A stretch of DNA of 64,000 nt from NCBI GenBank assembly GCA_000388065.2, contig KB932201.1; one strand, given 5' to 3'. Under the pieces are notes generated by a model. That model saw only the letters and a program-made list of their open reading frames with translations. It did not search any database and was not told where the DNA came from. Source of the stretch: Fonticula alba ATCC 38817. Lineage: Eukaryota > Protista > Nucleariida. The translations under genes were made by a program, and so were the position numbers. Position 1 is the first letter of the stretch. Every line of letters starts with the position of its first letter. Shown piece by piece: positions 24,537 through 36,947 of this stretch.

Positions 24537-26348
24537 TCAGTTATGGCCCCAGAGAGCGGTCTCCGGCGAGGCGCCAGCGCGGGGCTGGCCGCCGACAGCA
24601 GTGCGGATGGCCTTGCCCAGGCCACCCAGGTCCAGCGGCCCGGCCAGCAGGCGCTCCGTGATGGAGGCCAAATCCAGGCCGAGATAGTTCCGGACAAAGA
24701 GGCCAACATCGGTGTTCTCGCGGTTGCCGGCCAGATCGCGCATGATGTCGCGCGCCGTGGCGGCATGGCTGCCACCATACGCATAAAGATTGACATCGGC
24801 CGCGGTATGGCCATGCGTGGTCCAGCCAAGCTCCGCACGGACGGAGATCACCTCCCCCAGGGCAACCATCATGGCAGCCTGGTTGGCGGCCTGGCCGCCG
24901 AGCGCCAGGGTGGTCAGGTTGTCCAGCTCGGCCATGGTAAGGTCACTGACGCCCTGGTAGTTCTCGATGGTGGTCAGGACATAGGTGCGCATCTCGATCT
25001 CCGAGGGCGGGGCATCCGACCCAGACCCAGCGGCATAGGCAAAGAGGTCGGCCGCCACGAAGAAGGTCGACCGAGACACCCGAGCAATGACCTCCGGGTA
25101 CCAGATGTACTCCGGATACTCCGGGGTCAGCTGCCGGCCGCCGGACAGGCCGCCGGTCTCATGGTCGGACACCGAAATGACCACGGTGCCCGGATGCTCA
25201 TCGACGAACTTCTTCACCATGGCCACCACCTCGTTGTACATGATCAGGTCATAGATGTGCGCGGCCGGGTCATTGTCATGGGCGGCATGGTCAATGCGCG
25301 AGCCCTCGATCATCAGGAAGAAGGGGGTCCGGTGGTCGCGCAGCTCTCCACCAAGGACATCCAGCGCGTAGGCGGCCATGTCAGCCAGCGAGGGCTGGTC
25401 CGTGGTGGGCCGGTCCACCTCATAAGCCATGTCGCTGGTGGAGAAGAGCCCGAGCACCGGCAGGGAGCTGGCATCACGCGGGAGAGCCGCCAGCTCGGCC
25501 GCCGACTGGACCACCGTGGCGTTGAAGATCTCGGCCGCCTCGATGCGGAGGTCACGGTCGTCCGTGCGCACGGAGCCGGGCACATCGCGCGGGATGAAGT
25601 GACGACGGCCACCACCGAGCACCAGATCGGCCATGAACTTGAGCGGGGTCGCGCCGGCGACCTGGTGCTCGGCAATCAGGTTTTCCGAATCGCGATGGGC
25701 CACATGCGCCGTGAAGGCGGCCGGAGTGGCGTGCGTCACGCGCGAGGTGACCACCACGCCGGTACGATAGCCAAGGACATGGGCCGCCTCGAGCAGGGTG
25801 CCACAGGGGCGGATCTCATCGGTGACAGCCACCGCGCCGTTGTAGGACTTCTGCACGCAGGAGAAGGCCGTGGCACCGGCGGCCGAATCGGTCACCAGCG
25901 ACGAGGAAGACCGCGTCCGGGAAGACCCAATCAGCATGGTATCCAGGGGAAGCTGCATGCTGACCGGGGTGGTCGGGTCCGCCTGCGACTGGCGGTACTG
26001 GGCGAAGTTCCGGGCCACCGTCATCGAGGTAGGCCCGCACCCGTCGGACACCATGAAAATCACCGCCCGCGGGGGGTGGGTGTGGTTCTTGGTCACCAGC
26101 ACCACGGCCGCCACGATGGACCCGAGCACGGCCGCCACCAGGATCGAGGCGAAGGCATAGAACCAGAGGGAGCGGCGCCCGTTGGAGTTGACGCTCATGC
26201 TCTCGGCGTCGTCATCGTCATAGGTGCCGACCGGGTGGCTGGCGATGTCGTGCGTGGCGCCCGAGTCGAAGGAGGAGGTGTTGACCGAGGCATTCCCACC
26301 TGACGGGTGGGGCACCTGGTCGGAGCCAAGAAGAGGACTATTCTCCAT
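24537..26348 (-). CDS. PHO8: Alkaline phosphatase, PHO8-like type II membrane form, intronless (603 aa)
   Basis: N-terminal cytosolic tail and TM (LWFYAFASILVAAVLGSIVAAVVLV), VIFMVSDGCG, catalytic VTDSAAGATAF, HATPAAF, MIEGSRIDHAAHDND, SDHETGG, WTTHGHTAADV. Metal ligands are intact. Confidence 0.95.
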   Translation of the reverse strand: MENSPLLGSDQVPHPSGGNASVNTSSFDSGATHDIASHPVGTYDDDDAESMSVNSNGRRSLWFYAFASILVAAVLGSIVAAVVLVTKNHTHPPRAVIFMVSDGCGPTSMTVARNFAQYRQSQADPTTPVSMQLPLDTMLIGSSRTRSSSSLVTDSAAGATAFSCVQKSYNGAVAVTDEIRPCGTLLEAAHVLGYRTGVVVTSRVTHATPAAFTAHVAHRDSENLIAEHQVAGATPLKFMADLVLGGGRRHFIPRDVPGSVRTDDRDLRIEAAEIFNATVVQSAAELAALPRDASSLPVLGLFSTSDMAYEVDRPTTDQPSLADMAAYALDVLGGELRDHRTPFFLMIEGSRIDHAAHDNDPAAHIYDLIMYNEVVAMVKKFVDEHPGTVVISVSDHETGGLSGGRQLTPEYPEYIWYPEVIARVSRSTFFVAADLFAYAAGSGSDAPPSEIEMRTYVLTTIENYQGVSDLTMAELDNLTTLALGGQAANQAAMMVALGEVISVRAELGWTTHGHTAADVNLYAYGGSHAATARDIMRDLAGNRENTDVGLFVRNYLGLDLASITERLLAGPLDLGGLGKAIRTAVGGQPRAGASPETALWGHN

Positions 26349-27952
26349 GGCCGGGGGGATGGGCGGGCAGGGGNNNNNNNNNNNNNNNNNNNNNNNNNNN
26401 NNNNNNNNNNNNNNNNNNNNNNNNNNNNNNNNNNNNNNNNNNNNNNNNNNNNNNNNNNNNNNNNNNNNNNNNNNNNNNNNNNNNNNNNNNNNNNNNNNNN
26501 NNNNNNNNNNNNNNNNNNNNNNNNNNNNNNNNNNNNNNNNNNNNNNNNNNNNNNNNNNNNNNNNNNNNNNNNNNNNNNNNNNNNNNNNNNNNNNNNNNNN
26601 NNNNNNNNNNNNNNNNNNNNNNNNNNNNNNNNNNNNNNNNNNNNNNNNNNNNNNNNNNNNNNNNNNNNNNNNNNNNNNNNNNNNNNNNNNNNNNNNNNNN
26701 NNNNNNNNNNNNNNNNNNNNNNNNNNNNNNNNNNNNNNNNNNNNNNNNNNNNNNNNNNNNNNNNNNNNNNNNNNNNNNNNNNNNNNNNNNNNNNNNNNNN
26801 NNNNNNNNNNNNNNNNNNNNNNNNNNNNNNNNAGGCTGGCAGAGAAGCGGCCAAGGCGCGGGCCCGGTGTGGAGGTGCGGGTGCGAGGACGGGGGGCGGA
26901 GAGGTACCTTGCCAAGGCCAGGAGGGGAGGGGAGGAGAGAGGGGAGGAGGGCAGGGAGGGGGGAACGACCCAAGGAGAGAAGGGAAAGGGGGAGGGGGGG
27001 AGGAATCGTTGCCGGGGGCTGGAGGCGAGGCGCTCCAGCCCGTCACCGGAGTGGCTGATCAGGGGGGAGGCGGGGGAGGCATGCACTGGCGCGCATCGGT
27101 CAGCGGTGGCCTGGGGGCGTGAGGGCCGGGGGGCACAAAATTCGGCCGATGCGCCGGGGCAGAGGGCCGCAGCGGGCAGATGGGTGTGCGCCTGTGTGCC
27201 TGCGTGCCTGTGTGCCTGTGTGCCTGTGGTTGTCGGCCGCGGTCATGGCCCCGTCTCGGGGTTCCGGTCCGGGCCGGGAGGAGGCTGTGCGCGGGAATTA
27301 CGAAGCAGTCGCCATGCAGGCCTGGCGGGCGCACAACGGCGGGACGGGCTGCCGACGGCGCGCCCCCCGCCTGCCGCGGCGGGGCCGGGAGCAAGTCGCC
27401 CGAACCCGCGCCCCGATCCCCGGGATTTCGGCTATGGTATCAGGCCACATTACGATAGGGCGCCGGGTCCTGTGGCCCCGGCCTACAGGGCGGGGGGGGG
27501 GCGCCTCGTGGCATGCAGGCCGATGTCCGGAAGATCCGGGCGGAGCTGCTGGTTCCCCTCCAATATGGTTGCAACGGCCACCCCCCCCCCCCCCCCCCCC
27601 ACACAGGCCGCGGTCTATGGCCTCCTCCTGCACGAGGCCCAGGCGGCCGAAAGAGGAGGAGCCCCGGGGGGGAGAGAGGGGGAAGGGCGAAGGGGCGAAA
27701 GAGTCGCTCCTCCCCAGACCAACAGCACTGCCTACACAGAGAGGGCAATAACAATGTCCCAGTCCAGGGCCACTCTCAGCTGGGGCCATGCCCCGGGGAT
27801 GCCACGCTTGGGTCACCCCCCCCCCCCCCCCTGCCGGGGTGGGGCGGGTCTCTCTTTGTCCCGCCCCGGCGACCTAAGTGCGGGCTGGGGCGACTTCTTG
27901 TCCCCAGCGAACGGGCCTCCGGGCCGGGGTGCCACAGCGGAAAATATAGTGG

Positions 27953-27974
27953 CACGTGTGTCACTCTCCACGTG
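27953..27974. promoter_or_regulatory. Pair of CACGTG E-boxes about 1.6 kb upstream of the alkaline phosphatase ATG
   Basis: CACGTG at 27953-27958 and 27969-27974, both in context CACGTGTG. Function is inference only. Confidence 0.2.
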
Positions 27975-29163
27975 TGGGATATGAGTTAACCCGATCTCCC
28001 AGCCTCGCCGCGCTTATCTGTCACAGTTACCCTCGCGAGCTGGCAAACGGCCAGTCGTGAGGGCAGGCATCGTTGGCTCAGGGGCTTGAGCCGTTGGCGT
28101 GCAGGGGGCGCGTATGTGCGTGCATTCTCCCTGCGCCCATGCTGGCCGCAGGTGCACGCATGTGCGCTTCCCGGCCGGACCTTTACTTGCTTCCCTGGAC
28201 CACGCCCCCTCTCCCTCTTCGTAAGTTGCCGGCCTGTTGTTGGCCATCTCCGTGGGAGGCCTTTGTGTCAAGCCGNNNNNNNNNNNNNNNNNNNNNNNNN
28301 NNNNNNNNNNNNNNNNNNNNNNNNNNNNNNNNNNNNNNNNCCCCCCCCAGGACGCAAAAAGGCAGGGTGGCAGGGACCGGGCTCTGGGGTAGGCGCTTTT
28401 GCGAGTTCGTATGTTTGTATTGTTATCTGATTTTTTTTCTGGCCAGCAGCACAGCAATCCCTCCAAGTGGCTCTGTTTTTGGGAAACGCCACACGAGCAG
28501 GGGAGCAAGAGGGGAAGCAGGAGAATACCCCCTCTTCAGGGCTTCCCGCCCCTTCCCCTGGAGGTGTGTTTCCTCCTTGCCCTGAGGGATGCTCCCCGAC
28601 ACATGCCGATCCCTCTCGCAGCGGCACATCGCCAGCGGAGAAGGGCACGATACACGGGGAGTGGCGGGGCGACCACCAGGTAGCCACCCGGAGAGGGGGG
28701 GGGGGCGGCGCACGACGCGCAGGGGAGAGGAAAGTGAAGGCAGCTCCCCCTGGTGCCTGTGTGTCGCCATGATTGCTGCGGTCTCTGCCTCTTCGCGGCG
28801 CAAAGGCCGAAGAAGGGCGAGGGCACGGAGGGCTGCATGGTGCTGACGATTTCTGTTCGCCCACCTCCTCCCAGCCGCAGAGACCGGACTAGGATGGCTC
28901 TGCGAGAGAGGGAGAGAGAGAGAGAGCGCGAGCGAGCGAGGGAGAGACAGAAAAGTAGACAGGAGGACGGCAGATGTGTTTGGAGGGAGAAAGAGAGACG
29001 GAGAGAGAGGGGGGGGGGGAAGAGAAGGGCGCAAGTGAGCGCGGCGCCCGGGCAAGGCGCCAGCTCTTATGCTTCTCCATGTGGGCATGAGTGCCGTGTG
29101 GGAGCCCCCTCTCTTGAGCGTGACCCTCTAAGCGCGCGTTGCCGCCATTGGGCCACACCACGC

Positions 29164-31573
29164 CTAGATGACATTCTCCTGGCCGCTGTCGTCGCTGTCG
29201 TTGTCAGACGACAGGTCCAAGGGCTCGGCCCCGGAGGGGGGAGCAGCAGCATCGCTGTCCCCGGCCCCGGAGGGGCTGGCCACGGAGCGTGGCGAGGAGG
29301 GTGCCGCGGCCGCGGCCGCCGCCGTCACCTCAGGGGTGGTGGTGACCACCATCGGCGGCTCGGAGACCACCACGGTGGTGGCAGCTGGGGGAACGGTGGT
29401 CGGGGCGGCATGCGGCTGCTGGTCGGCGGCCGAGAGAGACTGGACATCGGAGCCGGCCAGCGAGGCGATGCTCTGGGCCCCGATAGAAGCACGCCCTGCC
29501 ATCTGGTAGGTGCTGTCCACGGGCGACATGGCCGTCAGGCAGGGGGAGGGCATGGCCGAGGAGATGGAGCCGGTGGCCACGGCACCCGGCAAGTGGGACA
29601 TGCTCATGTTCGGAGAGGTGGCCTCGGATTCATTCTCGGCCATGGACTCCAGCTCGTATTCGGTGGTCGTGCTGTAGGTGGCGTACGAGGGGGTAATCTC
29701 GTGCATGGAGATGGACTTCTCCAGGTCGCGGTCCTTGCCATTGGCGCGGTTCTTGCGGTCCTGCTTGCGAGAAGAGCGCGACGCGCCGGTCGAGCCGCGA
29801 CCGCCACTGGACGAGTCGAAGGCGAACTCGAAGTGCGCGGCAAAGCGAACGAGGTACTCCTCGCGGTTGAAGATGCTGCGCGCATGAGAGCAAGGCGAGG
29901 GGGGGGGGGGGGAGGGAGGGACAGTCAGCAAGGGGTGCACATGATGGGGCGCCACCACCACCGGGGGGGGGGAGGGAGAAAGCAGTCACATCCGGGGGCG
30001 CGGCAAAGGGCGACCAAAGGAGCGTGAGGCAGGGAGGGGCCCGGACGTACTGGTGGTAGAGCGGGATGCCGACAATCGGCCAGTAGAAAATCATCACCGA
30101 GGCCCAGGGGAGGACAATGCCCCAGTAGCCCCCGGGCATGGTGTGATACCGGTGCGAGGAGATGGCAATGTAGGAGGCGAAGAGCACGGCGAAGATGCTC
30201 AGCTGGAAGAGCGTGCGCCGGTACTCGTTGAAGTGCTTGGGCGGGAGCTTGCGATTGATGAACATCAGCCCGGCCAGGCCGAGGAAGCTCCAAATGAACA
30301 CGGTCAAGTTGATCCACACATGGAAGGGCTTGACATTGATGCAGACCAGGGTCTTGATTGAGCCGGCCTGTAATTTTAAGGGACAGGGGGGCGAAAGGGG
30401 GAGACGAGAGGAGGACGGTAAGCAGCAGGTTGAGAGGAGGGGAAGATGGCAAAATGCGAGGGGGTGACACGCACCACCGGGAACAGGCGAATCATGTTCA
30501 TGGAGGTGAGGATGATGGCATCAATCAGGTGGGGCAGGTAGAAGAGGAAGGTCACGCCGTAGAGGGTCCAGAAGGTCATCTTGATCTTCTTGAAAATGAG
30601 GAACAGGCGCCACATGCGGAAGAAGAACATGGCCAGGAACAGCCCCAGGCCGAAGGGGACCATGAGCCAGTCTGGAAATGGTCCACATGTGCCGGGGAGG
30701 AGAGCGGCGGCAGGGGGGGGGGGGGGGATGGAAAGCACGCGCGAGTCACCGGGGTCAGAGGGGTGGGTGCAGGCAGGCGGCGACAAAAAGGAACGAGCAT
30801 GTGGCGCGTCCTCAAGCGGCATAGGACGCACAGTAGAAAATGCACCACCAGGGCCAGAAGCAGGGGATGAACTTGTAGACAGTCTGAGCAGGCGTGTGTG
30901 TGCGTGTGTGTATGTGTGTGTGTGTGTACGAGCGAGTGTAAAGTGCCAGGCGGACGGGTCAGTATCAGGGGAGAGGGCGCACCAGGGCGGTGGCAGAGGT
31001 GGGCAGGTGGGAGGGCCAGCAGCGAAAGGCGAGGGCACAGGAGCAACGCACGCAAACGCCAACAAAGAAGTTGATACCGCCTGGGGGAGGCCGCGGGAGG
31101 AAGGTCGAGCCATGCGTGTCAAGGTGTGAAGGTGGCGCAGTCAGCAGGGGGAAGGCGCCGGAGGAAGATGCAGCAGGGGGTCGGCCCGGGCTCAGAGCCG
31201 ATGAAGGGGCAGGGTGGGAGGAAAGGAAGAAGAAAAAGGCACAGGGAGACGTACCGATGATCATGCCGCCGACGACGGCCGGCTGGCGTGCCTTGAAGGG
31301 AAGCCAGTTCCGGTTGAACCAGATGTACACGAAGGAGACGAAGGACAGAATGAGGGTAAAGAAACCGATGGACCCGAGGATGGTCTTGCCGAGGACCTGG
31401 CCCAGCTCGACGGCCAGGTCAACCGACGGGTCGGTCCAGCCAAGCTGCCCCTGGGGGGTGATGTAAAGCTGGTACTTGGGCGAGCCGGCGGCGGAGATGT
31501 TGTCGGCGGCACTCTGCGAGATGCTGGCGAACAGCTCCGGCAGGGTGGCGATGACGGGGGTTAACCCGGACAT
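29164..31573 (-). CDS. Seven-transmembrane receptor-like protein (class C / GprK-like 7TM core, no large ectodomain, no RGS); exons 31573..31255, 31080..31052, 30883..30832, 30671..30475, 30367..30051, 29875..29164 (541 aa)
   Basis: The spliced product has seven hydrophobic segments plus NRNWLPFKARQP after TM1, IPCFWPWW into TM3, FRMWRLFLIF after TM3, NRKLPPKHFNEYR between TM5 and TM6, and GIPLYHHIFNREEYL after TM7. The tail is S/T/A/P-rich. All five introns are GT-AG and total CDS length is 1626 nt. Confidence 0.72.
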
Positions 31574-34500
31574 GGTGAAAGTGGGGCTGGTGCTGTGGCT
31601 ATGCTGCTGCTGCTTGTGGGCCGGGGGCAGGGGGGGGGGGGGTGCGAAGGCCCGGCGGGGGCATACCCATTCCGACTGGTAGACCAGGCAGGCGGCCACG
31701 AAGGGGGGGGAAGTGAGTAGCCGCGTGGTGGGGAGGGGAGGCGAGGGGAGGGCGGGGAGGGGGGCGTACACAAAGTGACAGGCCAGAGGGGAGGGATCGC
31801 TTCGCCGAGGGGTGGACGAGGAGGGGCGGTGGCTGGGCCTTTCGCTCACTCGCTCACTCTCTCACTGAGGGGAGGGGGGATACCTGGCTCCAAGGAGGGG
31901 GGGGGGGGGCGGGCACGCGCGCCTGGATCGAGGGGATCCAAGGTGGGGCGGGGCGAGAAGGGAGGCAAGGGGGTGGAGTAGGGCGGGGCGGGGGCAAGGA
32001 CAGAAGGAGGTGGCGAGAGGGCAGGCCTGTGAAACGCCAGGTGGGAGCGATGCCGGGAAGGCCCGTCGGTTCCCGGAGCAGTCTGCCGCGGTTTTCTCAC
32101 CCACACCCGGGGCAGAGGGCGGGCCGACCTGGAAGGAACGCCCGGGCAGGGGTGCCGGGGCGGCGGCGGGGGGGGGGAGGGCGCACGAGACAGCGCGAGT
32201 GTAGCCGGCGATCCGCTCGACCACGCCCGGATATGGTCAAGGGGCCATTCTCCCGGGCCGGGGAAGGCGTCCGGGCGTTGCCTCGCGCTTGGCGGGCGCC
32301 GCGGTCGGGGCAGTGTCTCTCCCCCACCCCCGGCCCCCACTCGCATGTGCACAGCCTCCCCCCCCCCCCCCCTCGCGCACTCTAAGGCCCGGAGCTCTCC
32401 GGTGGCGGGCGACCAGCGGGGGCTGTGTCGGGTTTTTTTTTTCCCGCAACACCGCACGATGCGTGCGTGTGTGAATAGGTGGCAGCCGCGGCTCGGCCCT
32501 CGGCGGCCCGACCTGGCGGGGAGGGTGTTGTTCGGGTTGTCCACCCCGGGGTTTGTTTGCCCTGCCTTCGTGTCCGGGGCATATGTCGCCAGGCTCGCGG
32601 GCACTCCCCCCTCCGGGCAGCCAGAGTAGCTGGTGGCCAGGGGCGGCGCCGGGGGGAGGGCAAAGAGAAGAAAAGCCCAGGTCGATGTGCGGCGTGGCAC
32701 ACCGACACGATCTCCTCTGCCGTGTGTTCTCCGGGGGGGGGGGGGGGGCTCGCGCGGCGGATCCCAAGATCCACAGCACCCCGGTCCGAGGCCCGGCCAC
32801 CCGGACGCATGGTGACCGGCGCGCCCGCGCGGTCAGCAACAGGCGTGCTTGCGCGCGCGTTTGTGCGATGGCTCGCGCGGGGACTTTCGGCTCGGCCAGC
32901 GGGCGCCGGCGGNNNNNNNNNNNNNNNNNNNNNNNNNNNNNNNNNNNNNNNNNNNNNNNNNNNNNNNNNNNNNNNNNNNNNNNNNNNNNNNNNNNNNNNN
33001 NNNNNNNNNNNNNNNNNNNNNNNNNNNNNNNNNNNNNNNNNNNNNNNNNNNNNNNNNNNNNNNNNNNNNNNNNNNNNNNNNNNNNNNNNNNNNNNNNNNN
33101 NNNNNNNNNNNNNNNNNNCCCCCCGGCAGGCCAGGCGCGCCCCGCACCCCTACCCCCGTCGCGAGCCAATGTACCGTCCCCCGGCCATGCCGCCACCCGG
33201 CCGGGGAAGGAATGGCGAGAGAGAGAAAGAGAGAGAGCCCCCCCCCCACCTCCCCCTCGAGGGGCGGATGGCGAGCGCGGGGCGCGCCTTCGGGCGGGAC
33301 ACCCTCGCACAGGGGCCTCCCTCCGGTCGCCGGGCGGTTGTCTCTCGCGACGGCCCCCCCCTCCCCCCGGGCGGCCACGCCGGCGAGGGGGTACCCGTCC
33401 GCCCCGGCTCCTTCGGCTGCCTGACAGACACGGGCGTGCTCGCCTGGCCACCGGCCACATCTGTGTGCGCGCCCGCGCGTAAACAAAGGCCAAACAGTGT
33501 AGCGTGGCCTGGGGGCAAACAAATGCGCAGCCGGGGCGCCAGCGGGACGTCGCCGGCCGGGGGCCGCCAGCCGGGGCGCTCGGGCGCCGGGGCGCTCTGC
33601 ACCGTGCAGGGGGCACCTCCGGAGGGTTGGTCTTAGCATTGGCCGGGCCATTGCGCCTGTTCGCCGGCCATTGGTGCTAGCCGGCGCCCTCCGGCGGCCG
33701 GGACGGGGGAGGAGGGGCGATCCTTTTGCGGGCAGGGCGATTGGAGAGAGGAGCCCGCACCGCCAGGGCTGTCCCGGCCGGGGGGCCTCCGCGCCCCGCC
33801 CCCCCCCCCCTGAATAGTTGCCACAGAACGCGTCCGGTGGAAATGCGATTGGCATGCACCGGCGGTGCACTGGCTCCGCCGGTGCCTCCCCGCACCCCCC
33901 CCCCACCGGGGGAGCCCGCCTCGGCCACCTCCCCGGCGACTGGGGCGCCCGCCGGGTAGGCTTCCGTGCGCCGGGCAGTGCGAAGCCCCGGTCCGGGGGA
34001 CAAATAAACCCCGCGTATGCACCCATCCGGGCCCTGCGCCCCTCACTCCCGGGCAGGCCGCAGGAAGGGGCCCCCTCCATCGGTGCCCCAGTCGCGGCGC
34101 GGGGGCGAGGCGCGGCCCGGGAGACGGATGCCGACCGCCCTTTCGGGTCGGAACTCCACGCCTGGGCCAGCCTAACGTATGCGCCTGGCTCCATGCGTGT
34201 TTCTCTCACTCTCCGCCCCCTTCTCGCGCTCGCGCCCGCACTCCGCGACGCATGAGGGCCCGGGGGCCACTGGCCGCGGCCGGTGCCGATGATACACGCT
34301 CCCAGCCCGGAGCACCCGGGGCACGTGCACGCACAATGGCGCTCACAGGTGTCTGCCCGCCCCGCCCCGCCCCCCGGCCCGGGGCCCCGCTCCGCTCCGG
34401 CCTCCGCGGCACCCGAGTCGTCCTGGGACAGACGAAACGGCATGGCGGCGTCGGGCCGTGCGGCAGCCCCCGCCCCCGGCGTACGCCCCCTCCCCCTGGG

Positions 34501-36868
34501 ACTCCTGATCTCCGTCGGTCAAGGGCTGCGGCGAGAGGCGGACCGGTCCCTGTGGGGCTGGCCTGCCTGTGAGTCGGGCGGCAAGGCACGGGCGCGCTGC
34601 CCGCGCCGGCGGCCATCCGCCGGAACACGCGTGGTCTGATCCCCCCCGCCTCTCCCTGCCCGAAGGCCGCCCGACATATCCCCCGGCGGCGGTCCGCCCA
34701 CATGCAGCCCCTGCCGGGGATGGGGAGGGGATGCTCCACGGGCTCCGGCGCCCCCTTCGCAGTTCGGAGTACGGGGCGGTTCGTCCGGGGAATCCGGCGG
34801 TCGACGTGGGCCGGCCCCCCCCCCCCGGCAAACCCGCAGCCGGACGCCAATCTTTCCCGACGCATGCCGCGCGCGCGCCGGGGCCTCCTTTCCTGGCCCT
34901 CGGGCGAGGGCCGGGAGGGGGCGGCGGGGCAGGCCGGGCCGGCTGCGTTGCTCCGGCGCTTGGGCAACCCGCTGGCGCCGGGCCCTGCAGCACCGACCGA
35001 CCCGGCCCAGCGGGCGAGGGGCCCCGTGCGTGCCGCGGCCCAAGCACTTACGCCCTCGGCGTCCGGGCAACCCCGCCGACGCCACCGCGCCGCCCAGGAG
35101 GCCGGGCCGGGCCGCAGACGGGAGCGCCCTGGCGCCCGACCCGAGGTCCCCCGCCCAGCTGGGGCGTTCCCCCCTGTGAAGTCCCAAGGGGGGGGGGGGG
35201 CGGGTTCGGCAGCCGGCCACCTTGTCGACAAGAATACGACATCGCGCCACGGCCGGAGCCGCATGGCGGGGCGCAACGCGCCGGGCTCCCCCCCCCCCCC
35301 CCCGACCGGGAAGCGGGCGCGTTGCCCCGGCTTGAGCAGGGCCACACCCACGCACACCCAGCGTACACACGACCACGCAGGCACCTCCTCGGGGCAGGGC
35401 CGTGCCGGGGAGGCCTCCGGCGGCGCGGCACCCGCGCACGGGCGCGGGCATTCCTGCGCGGACTGGCGTCGGACGACGGGACGCCCGCCGGGGGGCCATC
35501 TCACCACCGTGGGCACGGGCGCCCAAACAAACCCAGGGACCAGCGCAGGCGCCGACGCCGGGGAGCGTGCACTAGCCGCGCGCGCGCGCGCGCGAGCGCC
35601 CGACGATCGGAAAAAGAGCCGGCGCCCGCCAATGCCTTCGACACCCCCCCCCCCGGGCGAGGGTGACTCAGACGGGCCCGGAGACCGGCGGCCGGGGATG
35701 CCCGCCCCGCCGGCCGCGAGGCGAGGGCCTGCTGACGCCCGGCCGCGCCCCATTCCCCCCAGCAGGGGGGGGGGGGGGGGAGGCGGGGCGGAATGTGCTC
35801 CGGTCTCGGGGGCCCTCGATGGCAATCTCCGTTGCGAGGGCGCGCTCGGGGGTACGGTGCGCCTCCGGTTTGCCGGTCTCCAACGATCGCGCCAGCCGGC
35901 TGGGAAAGAGCGCGCGCCGGAGCCGGGGTTCGGGCGCATCACCCCAGGCCCCCGGGGCCCGTGTGGGAATCACCGCACAAACAGAGGAGGCCGCCCTTAC
36001 GCCCGGCAGCCGGGTAGTCCGGGCACTTGGGGGAGGGGGGGGGGAGGGGGGGGCGAGAGACCCGGGGCGGCCCGCGCGTCCGACTGCGCCCCGGGGCCTC
36101 CGAATCCCAGGCGCGAGGGGCGACGCCTGGCGAAAAAGCGCCGCCGGAGGTCCCACTCCCCCTGGCCCCCCGCCGGCCCGGCGCGCCCGCAGGCCATAGA
36201 AGCCTGGGACGCCCCGGCCCTCGACGAGGCGGCGACGAACCGACACCATGGGTCAGGGCGAACGGATGGACGGCTGTTTCACTCCCTTACGGGGCCTGCG
36301 CCACGGCGTTGCGCCCACCTGTAACTCTTGGCGATTTCAAATCCCGCCCCGCCCTGCGGGAAATGCATCTCCTGGGCCGCGCTGAGGCACATCGGCCGGC
36401 GCACAACCATGTCCCCCGCTCGTCCCCCGGGCGCGCGCCCCTGCCGGGGGCCGGGGCCGGGCGAGAGCCGGGGGAGTCTTCTCTCGTCCAGCCCCGGGCT
36501 GGAAATCGCCTCGGGGCCCGGCAGCCAGAAGGCGGCCGGCCGCGCCTCCCATGCCTTCTCTCTCTCTCTCTCTCTCTCCCTCTCTCGCCGGGCGTGAGCG
36601 GCCCCGCGGCCCCGCCCGCCCGCCAGAGCAGGACGCACCCCGCCCGGCCTGGCTGCCGCGTCAACCTCGGGCCACGAGCCCGGCGCCAAGGGAGGCTCCC
36701 GTGGGGCCGCGACCCTGGCGCGCGCGCCCGCGCGAGCATGTTGTGCGAAAGGCGCGCGGCCCCGGCTGAGCGCGGGGGCGACGCATTCCTGCGCCCTTTC
36801 TGGGAAGGCTCTGCTCCGTTTACCCCGCGTGCGCGCGCCGCCCGCCCAGGTCCCCTATCATCTGCATG

Positions 36869-36870
36869 CG

Positions 36871-36947
<77 letters not shown>
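36869..36947. repeat. Long poly-C run (~78 nt), possibly artefactual
   Basis: Uninterrupted C homopolymer read directly. See the finding on poly-G decay at 58371-58828. Confidence 0.6.

Noticed and set aside
23919-26303. 794-aa plus-strand ORF
   Set aside because: Antisense to the alkaline phosphatase, with no domain features of its own.
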